Shown here: positions 1 through 10,657 of the stretch, piece by piece | Position numbering within the stretch: position 1 is the first letter of the stretch | Layout: the number at the start of each line of letters is the position of its first letter | Assembly: GCA_045647355.1 (NCBI GenBank) | Contig: JAZRMF010000001.1 | Coordinates: 350,679-414,678 of the forward strand | Source of the DNA: Candidatus Enterousia sp. | GTDB lineage: Bacteria; Pseudomonadota; Alphaproteobacteria; Rs-D84 | Direction: 5' to 3' | DNA length: 64,000 nucleotides | Translations under genes and position numbers: made by a program | Notes under the pieces: generated by a model | What the model saw: the letters and a program-made list of their open reading frames with translations, nothing else | What the model was told of the DNA's origin: nothing | The model's database searches: none

Positions 1-409
1 AGTGATTGTCCCAACAAAGAATTGCGCGAAAAAAGGTCAAATTGCATGTATGTATGATTCAGACTGTGAATGGGACGGTGGCACATGTCGCGCCGTGGGA
101 GGAACGCCAGATGCCGCATTGGCCAACGAATGTGGTGGAAAAAATGTTACCGCATCAACATGTTCAACGGATAAGTGTGTATGGGATGAAACCAATGGTT
201 GTATTCCAAAGGCTACACAGATTGCAATTGGTGCTGGTCTGAAGGGTAGTTTGTTGGCGACTGGAATATTGGGCGGTGGTGGAACGTCGTCGTCGAGTGG
301 TGGTTCGTTATTGGGAACAGATCAAAGGGCTGCTGGAACAAATATCAATTTAAGGGCTGTTACTTCTGGACTAGGAAATTTTGGCTCAGGTATGGGGTTT
401 GGTAAATAA
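1..409 (+). CDS. 3' end (partial) of Cys-rich secreted protein with Gly/Ser-rich tail; related to the 6318..8693 and 10658..13273 proteins
   Basis: ORF open to the window edge. Many Cys residues and a glycine-zipper segment IAIGAGLKGSLLATGILGGGG, similar to the GAGIGA segments in the other family members. Confidence 0.5.
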   Translation, partial: VIVPTKNCAKKGQIACMYDSDCEWDGGTCRAVGGTPDAALANECGGKNVTASTCSTDKCVWDETNGCIPKATQIAIGAGLKGSLLATGILGGGGTSSSSGGSLLGTDQRAAGTNINLRAVTSGLGNFGSGMGFGK

Positions 410-1170
410 TGGTTAAATGTATGGATTTTTTTAGTGTTAAAAATTTAATCCGCGTTGTTGCGGTGGTGGCGATTTGTATGCTGTCATTTGGCGCGCATGC
501 GGCATATTATGATGACGATGATTATGATGAATGTCCGTATTTTACGCCGGCATACGCGCTGTGTACCACACATGCGTATAATGCGGACATGGCGACAAAC
601 CCGTCTGATTCCAGTCAGATTGCCCATATGAACGAAATTATCGCGTTAAAGTCAACCGTTATTGCACAACAAATGAAACAGCAATACGATGTTTTAAACG
701 CAATGGTTAAACGGTTTAAGACGCAATTGGAAAAATCTGTTTTAAAAAGCAAGATAGAGGTTATGACCGGCGGTTCATCTTCTTCATCGTCTTCATCATC
801 GGGTGGGGCATCTAACAATGGTGGTTTGGCGGCGGCCGAAGATTGCGATACCGTTGGACAAAGAAATGTCTATGACTGTCTTACCCGTAATTTAAGTAAA
901 ATCAATCAGGCGGTTGAAAAAGATTTGTCCAATGCCAGAAAGCAATTGGTCATAGATTACAACATTGCAAAAGATTACAAAGTCTGTGGCGAGGGCGCGG
1001 CTGTTGTGTCAACCAAATGTAATAAATGTGAAGACAATTTCAGTGAAGATACGCGTGCAAACAAAAATGATGTTAAAAATTGCATTTCGCAATTACGTCG
1101 TCAGATTGACCAGGCGCGTACGGAATATGAACGTGAAAACGCCCGCAGTCGTTATGACGACCGCCGTTAA
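409..1170 (+). CDS. hypothetical secreted protein (signal peptide, poly-Ser stretch, coiled-coil)
   Basis: N-terminal hydrophobic signal peptide ...VAICMLSFGAHAAYY. The ATG overlaps the upstream stop (TAATG). No recognisable domain. Confidence 0.5.
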   Translation: MVKCMDFFSVKNLIRVVAVVAICMLSFGAHAAYYDDDDYDECPYFTPAYALCTTHAYNADMATNPSDSSQIAHMNEIIALKSTVIAQQMKQQYDVLNAMVKRFKTQLEKSVLKSKIEVMTGGSSSSSSSSSGGASNNGGLAAAEDCDTVGQRNVYDCLTRNLSKINQAVEKDLSNARKQLVIDYNIAKDYKVCGEGAAVVSTKCNKCEDNFSEDTRANKNDVKNCISQLRRQIDQARTEYERENARSRYDDRR

Positions 1171-1197
1171 TTGGTGGTGTTAAAATACTTAAATCCC

Positions 1198-1226
1198 TTG
1201 ACTTTCTGTAAAAAAAGCTATAAAAT
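1198..1226 (+). promoter_or_regulatory. sigma70-like promoter upstream of rpoA (TTGACT-17-TAAAAT)
   Basis: -35 TTGACT at 1198-1203 and -10 TAAAAT at 1221-1226 with a 17-nt spacer, about 70 nt before the rpoA ATG. Confidence 0.35.
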
Positions 1227-1298
1227 GCCCCGGCACGCAAAGGAATTTGTGTGTGGCCGATTGGCGAAAATGATAAACTAAGCTAAAAGGGAACATAA

Positions 1299-2327
1299 AT
1301 GATTGAAAAAAATTGGATGGCTTTGATTAAGCCAAAAAAACTGAATATCATCCCAGATGAACATAATCCTAACCAGGCGACCCTGATTGCCGAACCATTG
1401 GAAAAGGGTTTTGGTTTGACATTGGGTACCGCGTTGCGTCGCGTTCTGTTGTCATCGTTGCAGGGATGCGCACCATTGTATGTTAAAATTGATGGTGTTC
1501 AACACGAATTTTCCAGTATCCAGGGCGTTCACGAAGACGTCGCGGATATTTTGCTGAACCTGAAAGGCGTTTATTTCAAGGCAAACAGCGAAGGTCAGCA
1601 CAAGGCTTCATTGCATGTTTCCGGTCCGGCGGTTGTCAAGGCGGGCATGATTGAAACAACCAGTGCAATCGAAATTATGAACCCAGATGCAGAAATCTGC
1701 ACGTTGGACAAGGGCGCACAATTTGATATGGAAATCACATTGGGCTGTGGCCGTGGGTATGTTCCGGCAACGGCACACGCAGACGGTTTGCCGTTGGGCG
1801 TGATTCCGGTTGATTCTATCTTTTCGCCAATCTTGAACGTGGCCAGCAATGTTTCAGAAACACGTGTTGGTCAATCAACCGACTTTGATAAATTGGAAAT
1901 GGTCGTCAAAACAAACGGCAGTGTCACACCCGAAGATGCAATCGCATTTGCGGCGCGTATCTTGACCGACCAATTGACATTGTTCATCAACTTTGAAGAT
2001 CCGGCACAAATCAGTGCGCCAAGCGAAGAAGAAGCCGCCAAGGATGCATTGCAATTTGATCCGAAATTGTTGAAACGCGTTGATGAATTGGAATTGTCAG
2101 TACGTGCAAACAACTGTTTAAAGAACGACAAAATCAACTGGCTTGGCGAATTGGTTCAAAAGACCGAAGCCGACATGTTGAAGACACCAAACTTTGGCCG
2201 TAAATCGCTTAATGAAATCAAGATTCAACTTGAAGCGATGGGCCTTGGGTTGGGTATGGAAGTCCCAGGTTGGCCACCAGAAAATATTGCAGAGTTGGCC
2301 AAGAAATACGAAGACCCATACAAATAA
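1299..2327 (+). CDS. rpoA: DNA-directed RNA polymerase subunit alpha
   Basis: N-terminal domain matches RpoA (…[25 protein letters not shown]…[14 protein letters not shown]…). The C-terminal domain with flexible linker is present. 342 aa. Confidence 0.95.
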   Translation: MIEKNWMALIKPKKLNIIPDEHNPNQATLIAEPLEKGFGLTLGTALRRVLLSSLQGCAPLYVKIDGVQHEFSSIQGVHEDVADILLNLKGVYFKANSEGQHKASLHVSGPAVVKAGMIETTSAIEIMNPDAEICTLDKGAQFDMEITLGCGRGYVPATAHADGLPLGVIPVDSIFSPILNVASNVSETRVGQSTDFDKLEMVVKTNGSVTPEDAIAFAARILTDQLTLFINFEDPAQISAPSEEEAAKDALQFDPKLLKRVDELELSVRANNCLKNDKINWLGELVQKTEADMLKTPNFGRKSLNEIKIQLEAMGLGLGMEVPGWPPENIAELAKKYEDPYK

Positions 2328-2548
2328 AACAATTTATATGGGCTCTGGTTGTGGTTGTTGCCCCTTATGTAGGTTCACTACACTGCGGGGCGCCAACCAC
2401 TGCCCATAACCTCATCTAAATTGTTTTCTTAACAGTGGCAGTTTAAATGAGAAAATGCGTGTTACTGAATGAAAAGTTTGGGACACGAAAACATGGTGAA
2501 ATCCCACTCGTGATAGAGTAGGGCGGAAACAAAATAAAGGAGTAACCG

Positions 2549-3130
2549 ATGAGACACCAAAAAGCAGGTCGCACTTTTAATCGCGATACAAATGCTCGCA
2601 AGGCTTTGTTTATAGGCTTGGCGAAGAATTTAATTGAAAAAGAACAAATCAAAACAACGTTGCCAAAGGCCAAAGATCTGCGCAGTGTCGTAGAAAAATT
2701 GGTTACACGTGCCAAGGTTGATACCGTTGCAAATCGTCGCCTGGTTGCATCTGAATTGGGCAACGCCAGCGGCGCAGCCGTTAAGAAATTGTTCACTGTA
2801 TTGGGACCACGTTATGCAAAACGTCCGGGTGGTTATACTCGCGTTCTGAAAGCGGGTTTCCGTTACGGTGATGCGGCACCAATGGCGATAATCGAATTTA
2901 TTGACCGTGACGTTAACGCCAAGAAACCGGCGGTTAAACCAGAAGTTGCGGCGGCCAAAGCCGAAGAAGCGGTTGCAACCGAAGCAACAGAAGAAAAGAA
3001 AGCGGCCAAGGCGCCAAAGGCCGAAAAGCCGGCGACCACCAAGAAAGCGCCTGCAAAAGAACCAGCGGCACCAAAGGCCACTGCGGCAAAAAAGACCGTT
3101 GCGGTTAAACGTCGTGCCACAGGCAAATAA
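2549..3130 (+). CDS. rplQ: 50S ribosomal protein L17 with ~70-aa Ala/Lys/Pro-rich C-terminal extension
   Basis: The N-terminal ~120 aa match L17 ([44 protein letters not shown]…). The C-terminal [17 protein letters not shown]…[13 protein letters not shown] tail resembles histone H1. Confidence 0.9.
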   Translation: MRHQKAGRTFNRDTNARKALFIGLAKNLIEKEQIKTTLPKAKDLRSVVEKLVTRAKVDTVANRRLVASELGNASGAAVKKLFTVLGPRYAKRPGGYTRVLKAGFRYGDAAPMAIIEFIDRDVNAKKPAVKPEVAAAKAEEAVATEATEEKKAAKAPKAEKPATTKKAPAKEPAAPKATAAKKTVAVKRRATGK

Positions 3131-3165
3131 TCATTAGTGTTAGTGGTTAGTGTAAGTGATTAGTA

Positions 3166-3191
3166 AAAACGGTTGCAATCGCAACCGTTTT
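3166..3191. terminator. bidirectional intrinsic terminator between rplQ and the convergent Cys-rich gene
   Basis: Hairpin aacggttgc-aatc-gcaaccgtt followed by a T-run. Plays the same role on the other strand. Confidence 0.6.
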
Positions 3192-3204
3192 TCTTGTGTT
3201 ATCT

Positions 3205-6132
3205 TTACAGTTTTATTTCACGCGTTTCAATTACAGGTTCTGCATATGACGTGCAATATATACCATGGAAGTTTTCTTTGGTTGTGGTGCTCTGGCTGTA
3301 CCCTATGCCAGATACAGATGTATTACCACTTACAGATCCTCCTGTCAAACCAACATCACCGTCGCCATACGCACAAGCAGTTGCAATACCAGCGCCCGAG
3401 CATTTTTCGGTATCTGTGGTAATAATTGTATCTATGTCGGAACACAGTAAAGATGTTGTTGTGACAGTACAAATGTTTGTTGTGGGACTGTATGTTGATG
3501 TCATAGAAATTGATGCCACCATATTCCCATCACCATCGGTTTGAATAAATTCGCCTTTGCCTTTGGACATTGTTTGCAATTTCTTGGTAAGGTCTGCGGA
3601 TTGTAAAACATACTGGGTGCCATTATTCCTTATCCCTGTATCGCCACTGGTGTCATTAAATATAGATTCCAATCCCTTGGTCCCCCATTCCGTACAAATA
3701 TTCGTTTTCTTTTGGGTAAGCGTGCTGGTGACAGTTACTGATTTTGTGCACACTTTCTCACCGCTGTAACTCATCGCGGCACAAAGCGCAGATTTAATAT
3801 CATCGCTTTGGTCTTCCAGGGCGTTACCGACCAATTCATCATATTTTGCCCGATAATTCAAATATGCCTTCTTTAACCCAGAACTAAACAGCATTTTTGA
3901 ATAGGAATCTAACAGATTCGGGAACCGTGCCATTTTGTCTTGTGATTTGTCCTGTTTGCCGGTACGGCTGTAACGCCAATCACCACTGCGGCCGTTAATA
4001 CACATATCAATTGTTGGGTCGGTTTGCAATGTATCCATCTTTTGCGATATACTGTTTTCAACTGTTTGTATGGCTGCTTTGATACGGGTCAATGTGGACT
4101 CGTCTGTTTCATTCCATGCATCTTTGTTGTTAAATTTAAACTGACTCTTGTCTAAACTATATGCGACTTTGCCATCTTTCGTTGTTTCTTTACTTTTCAG
4201 CAATCCGAAATTCATCAAACCATCGATAATTATTTGATCGCCTTTTTTGTATGTAACCAATGAATCTGTACCCATAACGGTATCTTCATCAAACGCATCA
4301 CAATCAGACAAACTGCCGCAGACTTCTAATACCTTGGATTGTACGGCCTTTTGACATGATGACAACAGGTTGTTATCTATCCCCAAGAATATACCTTGGG
4401 CGATACGTGCCAATTCATCATATATTTCTTCGTCGGTTTTAACCTTGGCACTTTTATTTGTACGTGCGGAACCATCAGAACCATCGTCATCATATTGGCA
4501 ACCGACTAACTTTTCTGCCGGACATAAACGAACGATGGTATCTGTATCCAAACCAATACATTGTGTGTAGTCCGCACCGCAACGATCTTCGGATTGCAAA
4601 CATTCTTTGAACTCTTTGGTACATGCATCAACACGCATAGATGCCAAACGTGCACGTACATAGTCCATAATCTTGGGTTCTGCGGCTTCGCACGGATCAA
4701 TTTCTACTTTACAGAACGAACGCAAGGTTTCCGGACGTGTCAAACACATGTCATATGAACCGTCGGGATTATTCGGGTCCATATTTTCTTTACATGCCTT
4801 TTGGAAACAGTCGGAAATCGTTGAAATACAAGAAGTACGCAAATTAGATTCCGCCGCCAATTCCGCAGATTTTACCTGCGGGGCAACTTCGCGCAGAAAT
4901 GTATCCCAAACCTGGTTTTTAACATTGACACATTGTTGCGTGACGGTCATACACAATGGCTTTTTCGATTCCAATGCATCGTATGTCCATGCGGCAATTT
5001 CAATGCTGGTTGATGCACCCTTGATTTTTTTCATTTTCATTTTGCCGCCTTGCAATGTTTCACGTGTTGTTTGTTGTGTTACGCAACCTGTAAAGTCATC
5101 GCCGCATCCGCCGGTTGTTTGCATGCACTTTTTAAATTCAATTGTACATTGTCCCAAATCGTATTTATTCGCGTTACGATATTGTTCTAATGCCGCTTCG
5201 CGCATTGCGCTTTGCGCAGCCGCCAATTTTTGTGCGCTTTGTGTGCGTTGTTGGCGCAGGCTGTTTTCATATGCGCTGCAATCGGAACGGATGCGTTGTT
5301 GATACATCAATTCCATCATTTTATTTTGGTTGCTGCATTCGGGGATTTGCGCGGTGCAAAGTTTTACAGATGCACGATACAGTGCGTCGCCTTTTTTATT
5401 TGCAACTGACACACCATCCGCGGAAAGCGAGAATATATCTTCGACTTCTTCTTCAAAACCGGAATCGCTGTCATTGTTCCATGTAGACAGGTCCAATGCT
5501 CTGCGTTTTGATTTTTCTTTGTCGGCGTCTTTTTCAATACTGGACGTGATTGATTTCGTCTTGGCCATAACGGCGTCGGCATCGTCACCCATTTCAATAC
5601 GTTCAACACCAACCGTTGCCATTTGATATGATTGATTATCCAAGTCTTGGATTTCGGCAAGAATCGAATCGTATTCGGCATTTTTATCACTGCAGATACA
5701 ACGGCCGCCGGTCGCATTATCCAACATGCAAAATGAATCCATGCATCCGCTGAATTTATTCCAACATTCTTCATCGACAACGGTGTTTTGTGTCGCGGTT
5801 GCGACCTTGGTTCCTGAATTAATAACGTTTTGTTTTGTTCCAGCACGTGCTTTGACGGTTGATGTTGTCGGTGTTGTTGCACTGCGTCCACGTGAAACGG
5901 TTGTTTTAGTATTATTGGTTGTGGCGGCGGTTGGTGTTGTTGCGCTGCGGCCGCGTACAGCGGTTGTTTTTGCGGCACGTGCACCAACTATCCCGGCGGA
6001 ATTTCCAGATGTTGAACCCACAGATTGTGATGTGGAACCTGTTGAACCCCGCGCGTTTCCGCGTGATGGCGTTGCTCCATATGCATCAAATCCGCCAATT
6101 AGAAATGCCAATATCAATAATATATTTTTCAA
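3205..6132 (-). CDS. giant Cys-rich secreted protein, family A (motif C.D.FC.LD…GGRC.CS; C-terminal RSFCKV.IDPCE…RVDACT…)
   Basis: TTG start with a GGGGG RBS and signal peptide MKNILLILAFLIGGFDAYGA. Ser/Thr/Arg-rich repeat RGRSATTPT x2. Shares N-terminal and C-terminal Cys motifs with the 54028, 57590 and 59768 proteins. Confidence 0.8.
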   Translation of the reverse strand: MKNILLILAFLIGGFDAYGATPSRGNARGSTGSTSQSVGSTSGNSAGIVGARAAKTTAVRGRSATTPTAATTNNTKTTVSRGRSATTPTTSTVKARAGTKQNVINSGTKVATATQNTVVDEECWNKFSGCMDSFCMLDNATGGRCICSDKNAEYDSILAEIQDLDNQSYQMATVGVERIEMGDDADAVMAKTKSITSSIEKDADKEKSKRRALDLSTWNNDSDSGFEEEVEDIFSLSADGVSVANKKGDALYRASVKLCTAQIPECSNQNKMMELMYQQRIRSDCSAYENSLRQQRTQSAQKLAAAQSAMREAALEQYRNANKYDLGQCTIEFKKCMQTTGGCGDDFTGCVTQQTTRETLQGGKMKMKKIKGASTSIEIAAWTYDALESKKPLCMTVTQQCVNVKNQVWDTFLREVAPQVKSAELAAESNLRTSCISTISDCFQKACKENMDPNNPDGSYDMCLTRPETLRSFCKVEIDPCEAAEPKIMDYVRARLASMRVDACTKEFKECLQSEDRCGADYTQCIGLDTDTIVRLCPAEKLVGCQYDDDGSDGSARTNKSAKVKTDEEIYDELARIAQGIFLGIDNNLLSSCQKAVQSKVLEVCGSLSDCDAFDEDTVMGTDSLVTYKKGDQIIIDGLMNFGLLKSKETTKDGKVAYSLDKSQFKFNNKDAWNETDESTLTRIKAAIQTVENSISQKMDTLQTDPTIDMCINGRSGDWRYSRTGKQDKSQDKMARFPNLLDSYSKMLFSSGLKKAYLNYRAKYDELVGNALEDQSDDIKSALCAAMSYSGEKVCTKSVTVTSTLTQKKTNICTEWGTKGLESIFNDTSGDTGIRNNGTQYVLQSADLTKKLQTMSKGKGEFIQTDGDGNMVASISMTSTYSPTTNICTVTTTSLLCSDIDTIITTDTEKCSGAGIATACAYGDGDVGLTGGSVSGNTSVSGIGYSQSTTTKENFHGIYCTSYAEPVIETREIKL

Positions 6133-6317
6133 TGGAATTCCCCCTATTATCTTTCATATTTTATCATAAAAATGCATGTTCACCAAGAATAAAAATAAAA
6201 AAATAGTAAATATTGGTTGATAAAATTATGCGCATAAGATACTGATTTTCATCTGCATAACGAAATAAAAAACGCCGTCCGAAATGGACGGCGTTGGGAC
6301 ACCATGCGAAACTGTTA

Positions 6318-8693
6318 TTAACGATCATCAGGATGATTTGGATCGACCTGGTCTACCTCTGTGCAGGTTGAGGTATCCAAATACAATTTTGCCTTCTGAT
6401 AGTTTACTTTGCATTTATGGCTTTGTTGGTTATATTGGCACGCGGTTGAAACTTGCATTGATCTCGGTGTGTATATAACCTTGGCAACATTGCATTCTGC
6501 CGGATTCACCAGTGCCGCGCAAGCATCTCGCCATTCATCACATGTCTTGACATTTGGTGTTTGTGACGGGGTTGGCGGTACGTCAGGATTGGTCATGCAT
6601 TCGCCATTTGCCTGGGCCACAGGTATGTTTGCGATACACGCACTGCCCGATACCATGCAGGCATTTTTAACCAATGTTGTACTTGCCAAATTGCCCGGAC
6701 GATAATTGAACTGTGCCGCACGACATTCGTCCAAATCGGTGTACAACGCGCATGTTAAACCCCAATTCTCACAATTTGTTACAACCGCGGTTGGTGCAAC
6801 GTTTTCCGGCAAATTCAATGCCCATTTGACATAGAAGTCACGCAGACGGTCAATGGTGTATGATTTACCAAATCCAACCTTGGACAGGCCATCGGCCACG
6901 CGGCAGTTAATATTGTTGCGTTCAACAAATGCCGTAATTGCTGTCGCTGTACCACCGGCCGCTGCACCAATACCGGCGCCGACCAATGTGGTTTTCAGAC
7001 GATTCGATTCTTGGCCGTTAAGTATTTCCAGTGATGCAAACACCTTTGTTAATGTTGCCAATTCTGCCTGGAAGTCTGCACGGCTGATACATTCGTTGTT
7101 GTGACCTTTGCAATATACACCTGTGCCATCACGACGCGCCAAATTCAACGCACGGAATGTGCAGTATTCAAGAGCGTCTTGGATTTGTGAGGCATATTGT
7201 TGTGCCAATTCACGGAATGGTGCCTGGACCGCGGCCACAATCTGGTCAACCTGGGCATCGGACAGACACGCGCCGCCAGATGAACATTGTGAACGGATAC
7301 TTCTGCTGATAATATCAATGTCGAATTCAGCATTGATTTCAACAATAACCTGATTCTTGCTTTCACAAGTTTTAACGGCATCTTTACCCATTTGCCACAA
7401 ATCATACAGGTCGATGATTTCGTTACACTGTGCCTGGGTCAGGGTTTTGTCGTTCGTTGAAATCTGGGTTTCAAGGAACTGATTAAGTATACCCGTTTTT
7501 TGGTTGTCTTGAATCTGCTTTAACAATTCGTCACGCATAGATTTTATCGAACAATCAAATTTGCGGTCACCATGTCCGGCCAATGCACCGATACCGGCAC
7601 CGACCAGTGTACCACCACCAATACCAACCACAGCGGCGGTTTTGGTCTTGTTCATAAGTGAAAATCCAAACAAATCTTTGTTGCATGTGAATGTTGAGCC
7701 CGCGGCTTGCCATACTTCGGCCGGATCATCGTTTCCAACGATACCAAACAACCAACTGTTTCTAATTGGTGTTTCTTTGTTATAGGCCGCAACACGCAAC
7801 AAGCACTCTGCTTTTTCCGCGTCCCAACGTGCATAGTATCCACGTTTGCCGTCAATGCCGAAATGATTCACTTGCGCGCCAAGTGGATTTGCTTTGTACA
7901 TCGAATCGTTGTGTGCGCTGTTGTATGCGCCGACTGTGTGCAAGTATTCAGAACTTGTACGGTCAGTGGTGGAAACCGCATCAAACGATGCACCGTATGT
8001 ATTGCGGTCAAGCAACAAACACGTGTTTTCGGCCTGGGTCGGTGTCAAACCAGTTTGTGCAAGAACAAATCGATAGTATTCTGGCTGAACCTTGCGGGCG
8101 TTAAAGTCAAGCCATACATCAGATGCAGATGCATAGACATAATGGCAGTCTTTGCGGACGGTTGATATACATTTTTCAACCTGGGTTAGGCAAAGGCTCA
8201 TACCGTTTATGATAGATTCACGTAAATCTTGGTTAAACAATGAATTTATCCCGTTCGGTAACGCACCACCGTTCACGCATGAAAGAATTTCGTCCATACA
8301 GTTGTCGACGGTATATGCAGAATTTCTGACACCCCCATCTGGACATTCCACTGGGGTATCGGGGTCTGGTTCTGGCCCTGGCGGTGGAGGTGGCGGTGGT
8401 GTTGGCCCCGGCCCCGGCTCAGGTTCCGGTTCTGGTTCTGGGGTCTGGTTGTGATTAGTATTCGTGCTGGTTGACTTATTTCCCAATGCACTTATTGGTA
8501 ATACAGGAATAGATGGCATGCGGCCACTGCTGGCGGCGCTACGACCATGAGTTTGTTGCGTTGTTGCCGTCGCACGACCATTGCTGACGGCGGCATTACC
8601 ACGCGGACTGTCGGCACCAAAACACGCACCTGTCATCGCGATAACAGACAAGCAAATTACACTTTTTCCCAATGTTTTCAGCAGTTTTTGCAT
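6318..8693 (-). CDS. giant Cys-rich secreted protein, family B, with (PE)n/(PG)n/poly-Pro linker and two glycine-zipper segments
   Basis: Strong RBS AAGGAGGG and signal peptide MQKLLKTLGKSVICLSVIAMTGA. Linker PEPEPEPEPGPGPTPPPPPPPGPEPDPD. GAGIGALAG and GAGIGAAAG segments. Confidence 0.8.
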   Translation of the reverse strand: MQKLLKTLGKSVICLSVIAMTGACFGADSPRGNAAVSNGRATATTQQTHGRSAASSGRMPSIPVLPISALGNKSTSTNTNHNQTPEPEPEPEPGPGPTPPPPPPPGPEPDPDTPVECPDGGVRNSAYTVDNCMDEILSCVNGGALPNGINSLFNQDLRESIINGMSLCLTQVEKCISTVRKDCHYVYASASDVWLDFNARKVQPEYYRFVLAQTGLTPTQAENTCLLLDRNTYGASFDAVSTTDRTSSEYLHTVGAYNSAHNDSMYKANPLGAQVNHFGIDGKRGYYARWDAEKAECLLRVAAYNKETPIRNSWLFGIVGNDDPAEVWQAAGSTFTCNKDLFGFSLMNKTKTAAVVGIGGGTLVGAGIGALAGHGDRKFDCSIKSMRDELLKQIQDNQKTGILNQFLETQISTNDKTLTQAQCNEIIDLYDLWQMGKDAVKTCESKNQVIVEINAEFDIDIISRSIRSQCSSGGACLSDAQVDQIVAAVQAPFRELAQQYASQIQDALEYCTFRALNLARRDGTGVYCKGHNNECISRADFQAELATLTKVFASLEILNGQESNRLKTTLVGAGIGAAAGGTATAITAFVERNNINCRVADGLSKVGFGKSYTIDRLRDFYVKWALNLPENVAPTAVVTNCENWGLTCALYTDLDECRAAQFNYRPGNLASTTLVKNACMVSGSACIANIPVAQANGECMTNPDVPPTPSQTPNVKTCDEWRDACAALVNPAECNVAKVIYTPRSMQVSTACQYNQQSHKCKVNYQKAKLYLDTSTCTEVDQVDPNHPDDR

Positions 8694-8799
8694 GAAAAAC
8701 CCTCCTTTTCTATCCCTAGTAGTATATCATAAAAAAGGGCTATAAAAAAGTCTTTTTATAAAAAAATCTGAAAAAATGGTAATTATTTTTGGCTTATGG

Positions 8800-8827
8800 T
8801 TGACAGATAATAAAAAATGTCTATAAT
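8800..8827 (+). promoter_or_regulatory. consensus sigma70 promoter TTGACA-16-TATAAT upstream of 8853 gene
   Basis: Perfect -35 TTGACA (8800-8805) and -10 TATAAT (8822-8827) with a 16-nt spacer. Confidence 0.5.
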
Positions 8828-8852
8828 ATTTAGTGATTAATGGTTAGAAAAC

Positions 8853-9902
8853 GTGGCATGCATAAAGGATTTTTTCAAAAAATGGCGGCTCGCGATTGCG
8901 TGGACGGTTGGCTATGCAGTGGTTATGTGGGCCATTTTGCGTGGATTGTTTAGCTTTAATATGTTGCGCTTAGACCATTGGGAAAAGTTATCACATGTTG
9001 AATTACATGGATTCCCAGGTTTTGTATTTGCGATTTTGCTTTTGGCGGCGATACCGCTTTATATTGCCACAGTCATGTTAACGGTTCGCAAGAACGAAGT
9101 TCCAGTAAAGATTCCTGTGCCGAAATGCTTTGTTAAACCACCCAAGGCTGAACCGGCACCACCCAAGCCGATTGTTACACCTGGTGAAGTCCTGGAAGAT
9201 TTACCAGCCGGTGTTCCCGCCGAAATGCGTGAAATATTTGTGCGCGCGCACAAGAACAAAAGCGTACGCCAGATGTCGGTATTTAATCGTCCGTCTAAAT
9301 TTGATGACAGCCCAGTTGCAACCACTGTCAAGGCGGAACCTGCGCCCGCCCCAATGATGACACCGTCGCCGGCCCCGGTGGCACTAGCACCAACGGTGCA
9401 AACACCGCATCCCGTAGAACCTGTTTCGGATGAGGAATCTGATTTCCCAATACCAACCGATTTTGATATACCTGTCAAAAAAGATTACGATGTGCCCGTA
9501 TTTTCGGATATCAAATTTGATGATGATGACGAAGAAGATGAAGAGAAATCAGAAAAAGCAGAATACGCAAACGTGAAAGACATCATATCTGGGGCAGGGC
9601 ACAAGCCGGAAATTGTTGGTAATTTGATTGTGGTGAATGATTGTGCGATTGCAGTTCATGCGGATGATGATTTCTGGGTCGCAGATGAATTGGATTGGTT
9701 CGCATCGGGTCGTCAAAAACCATCGCCAATTGCAGAATTAAATAAAATTGTCACAGAGAAGGGATTGAAACCAATATTATACCTGGGGCAGACCAATATT
9801 ATGAATTTTGATAAAGTATCTGAACAATGGCGCGCAGAAGGTGTACAAATTGTTACCAGTGTAGACGAACTGTTAAAATTGATTCAGACCGACCCAAAGT
9901 AA
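8853..9902 (+). CDS. hypothetical membrane protein (2 N-terminal TM helices, Pro-rich linker, acidic region)
   Basis: GTG start (an in-frame downstream ATG is possible). TM segments AIAWTVGYAVVMWAIL and FVFAILLLAAIPLYIATVML. Pro/Ala-rich region and a DDDDEEDEEK run. Confidence 0.55.
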   Translation: MACIKDFFKKWRLAIAWTVGYAVVMWAILRGLFSFNMLRLDHWEKLSHVELHGFPGFVFAILLLAAIPLYIATVMLTVRKNEVPVKIPVPKCFVKPPKAEPAPPKPIVTPGEVLEDLPAGVPAEMREIFVRAHKNKSVRQMSVFNRPSKFDDSPVATTVKAEPAPAPMMTPSPAPVALAPTVQTPHPVEPVSDEESDFPIPTDFDIPVKKDYDVPVFSDIKFDDDDEEDEEKSEKAEYANVKDIISGAGHKPEIVGNLIVVNDCAIAVHADDDFWVADELDWFASGRQKPSPIAELNKIVTEKGLKPILYLGQTNIMNFDKVSEQWRAEGVQIVTSVDELLKLIQTDPK

Positions 9903-9969
9903 TTTACTGATGCATTGACTTATTTGGTGTCGCGGATATCACAGGATTTATCCTACTTTGCCAATGGGG

Positions 9970-10425
9970 CTATTTCCATGTTGTGGATGTATATTCACAA
10001 TAATATTCAACTTTGCCTTCGGCATTTTTATTGAATTTTGGCCATGCCTTAGTAATTTTAATTTTGCCACTGCCAAACTGTAACGGTTTGTTCAGTTTGG
10101 TTAAATTTGTACATGCTTCTCGCAGTGCTGGTTTACATGCGGCTTGACACGATGCATCAGGTAGTATTTGCCGGCTGCGGTAAATTTTTTCTGGGGTTAA
10201 ATCTAAACCGTCGCAGACAGTTTTGCATTGTGGATTTCGTGCCAGTGCATTTTCGTCTGATTCATCGTCTTGGTCGTCACTGTTTGGTCTGTTGCGTGGG
10301 GTGCTGCTGGTGGACTTAACCGTTTTGATGTCGCATTTATATTGTGTATCATCACCAACGTGTTTTATTGTTAATGTTACATCGGTTGAGTTGGTTTTAA
10401 AACTACCGCACTTTTGTTCTATCAT
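9970..10425 (-). CDS. Cys-rich segment lacking its own signal peptide; in-frame continuation of the upstream 10658..13273 gene after a -1 shift at an A10 tract
   Basis: The same frame is open with no stop from 10657 down to 9970 (…NNDVNPTPANNTPGDATERRTPTNPNPQ…CDTICKNL…MIEQKCGS…). No RBS or signal peptide of its own. Confidence 0.45.
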   Translation of the reverse strand: MIEQKCGSFKTNSTDVTLTIKHVGDDTQYKCDIKTVKSTSSTPRNRPNSDDQDDESDENALARNPQCKTVCDGLDLTPEKIYRSRQILPDASCQAACKPALREACTNLTKLNKPLQFGSGKIKITKAWPKFNKNAEGKVEYYCEYTSTTWK

Positions 10426-10657
10426 TGATCTGCACTTGCCTTGGCATGATTTCTGTGCAGCAGGTAATACTTGTAGTGGATTAGTTTGGGATATTGCGTT
10501 GGCAAGGTTCTTGCATATGGTATCGCATTGATTTGCACTGCCGCCGGAATTTTGTGGTGCGGGGGTGCCGGTGGCATTCTGTGGATTAGGATTGGTGGGG
10601 GTGCGACGTTCGGTTGCATCACCTGGGGTATTATTCGCTGGTGTCGGATTTACATCG

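Noticed and set aside
3265-5987. Numerous 60-210-aa ORFs antisense or out of frame within the 975-aa gene (e.g. 4673..5302, 5364..5987)
   Set aside because: They are embedded in a long, paralog-supported coding frame on the other strand. They are typical shadow ORFs.
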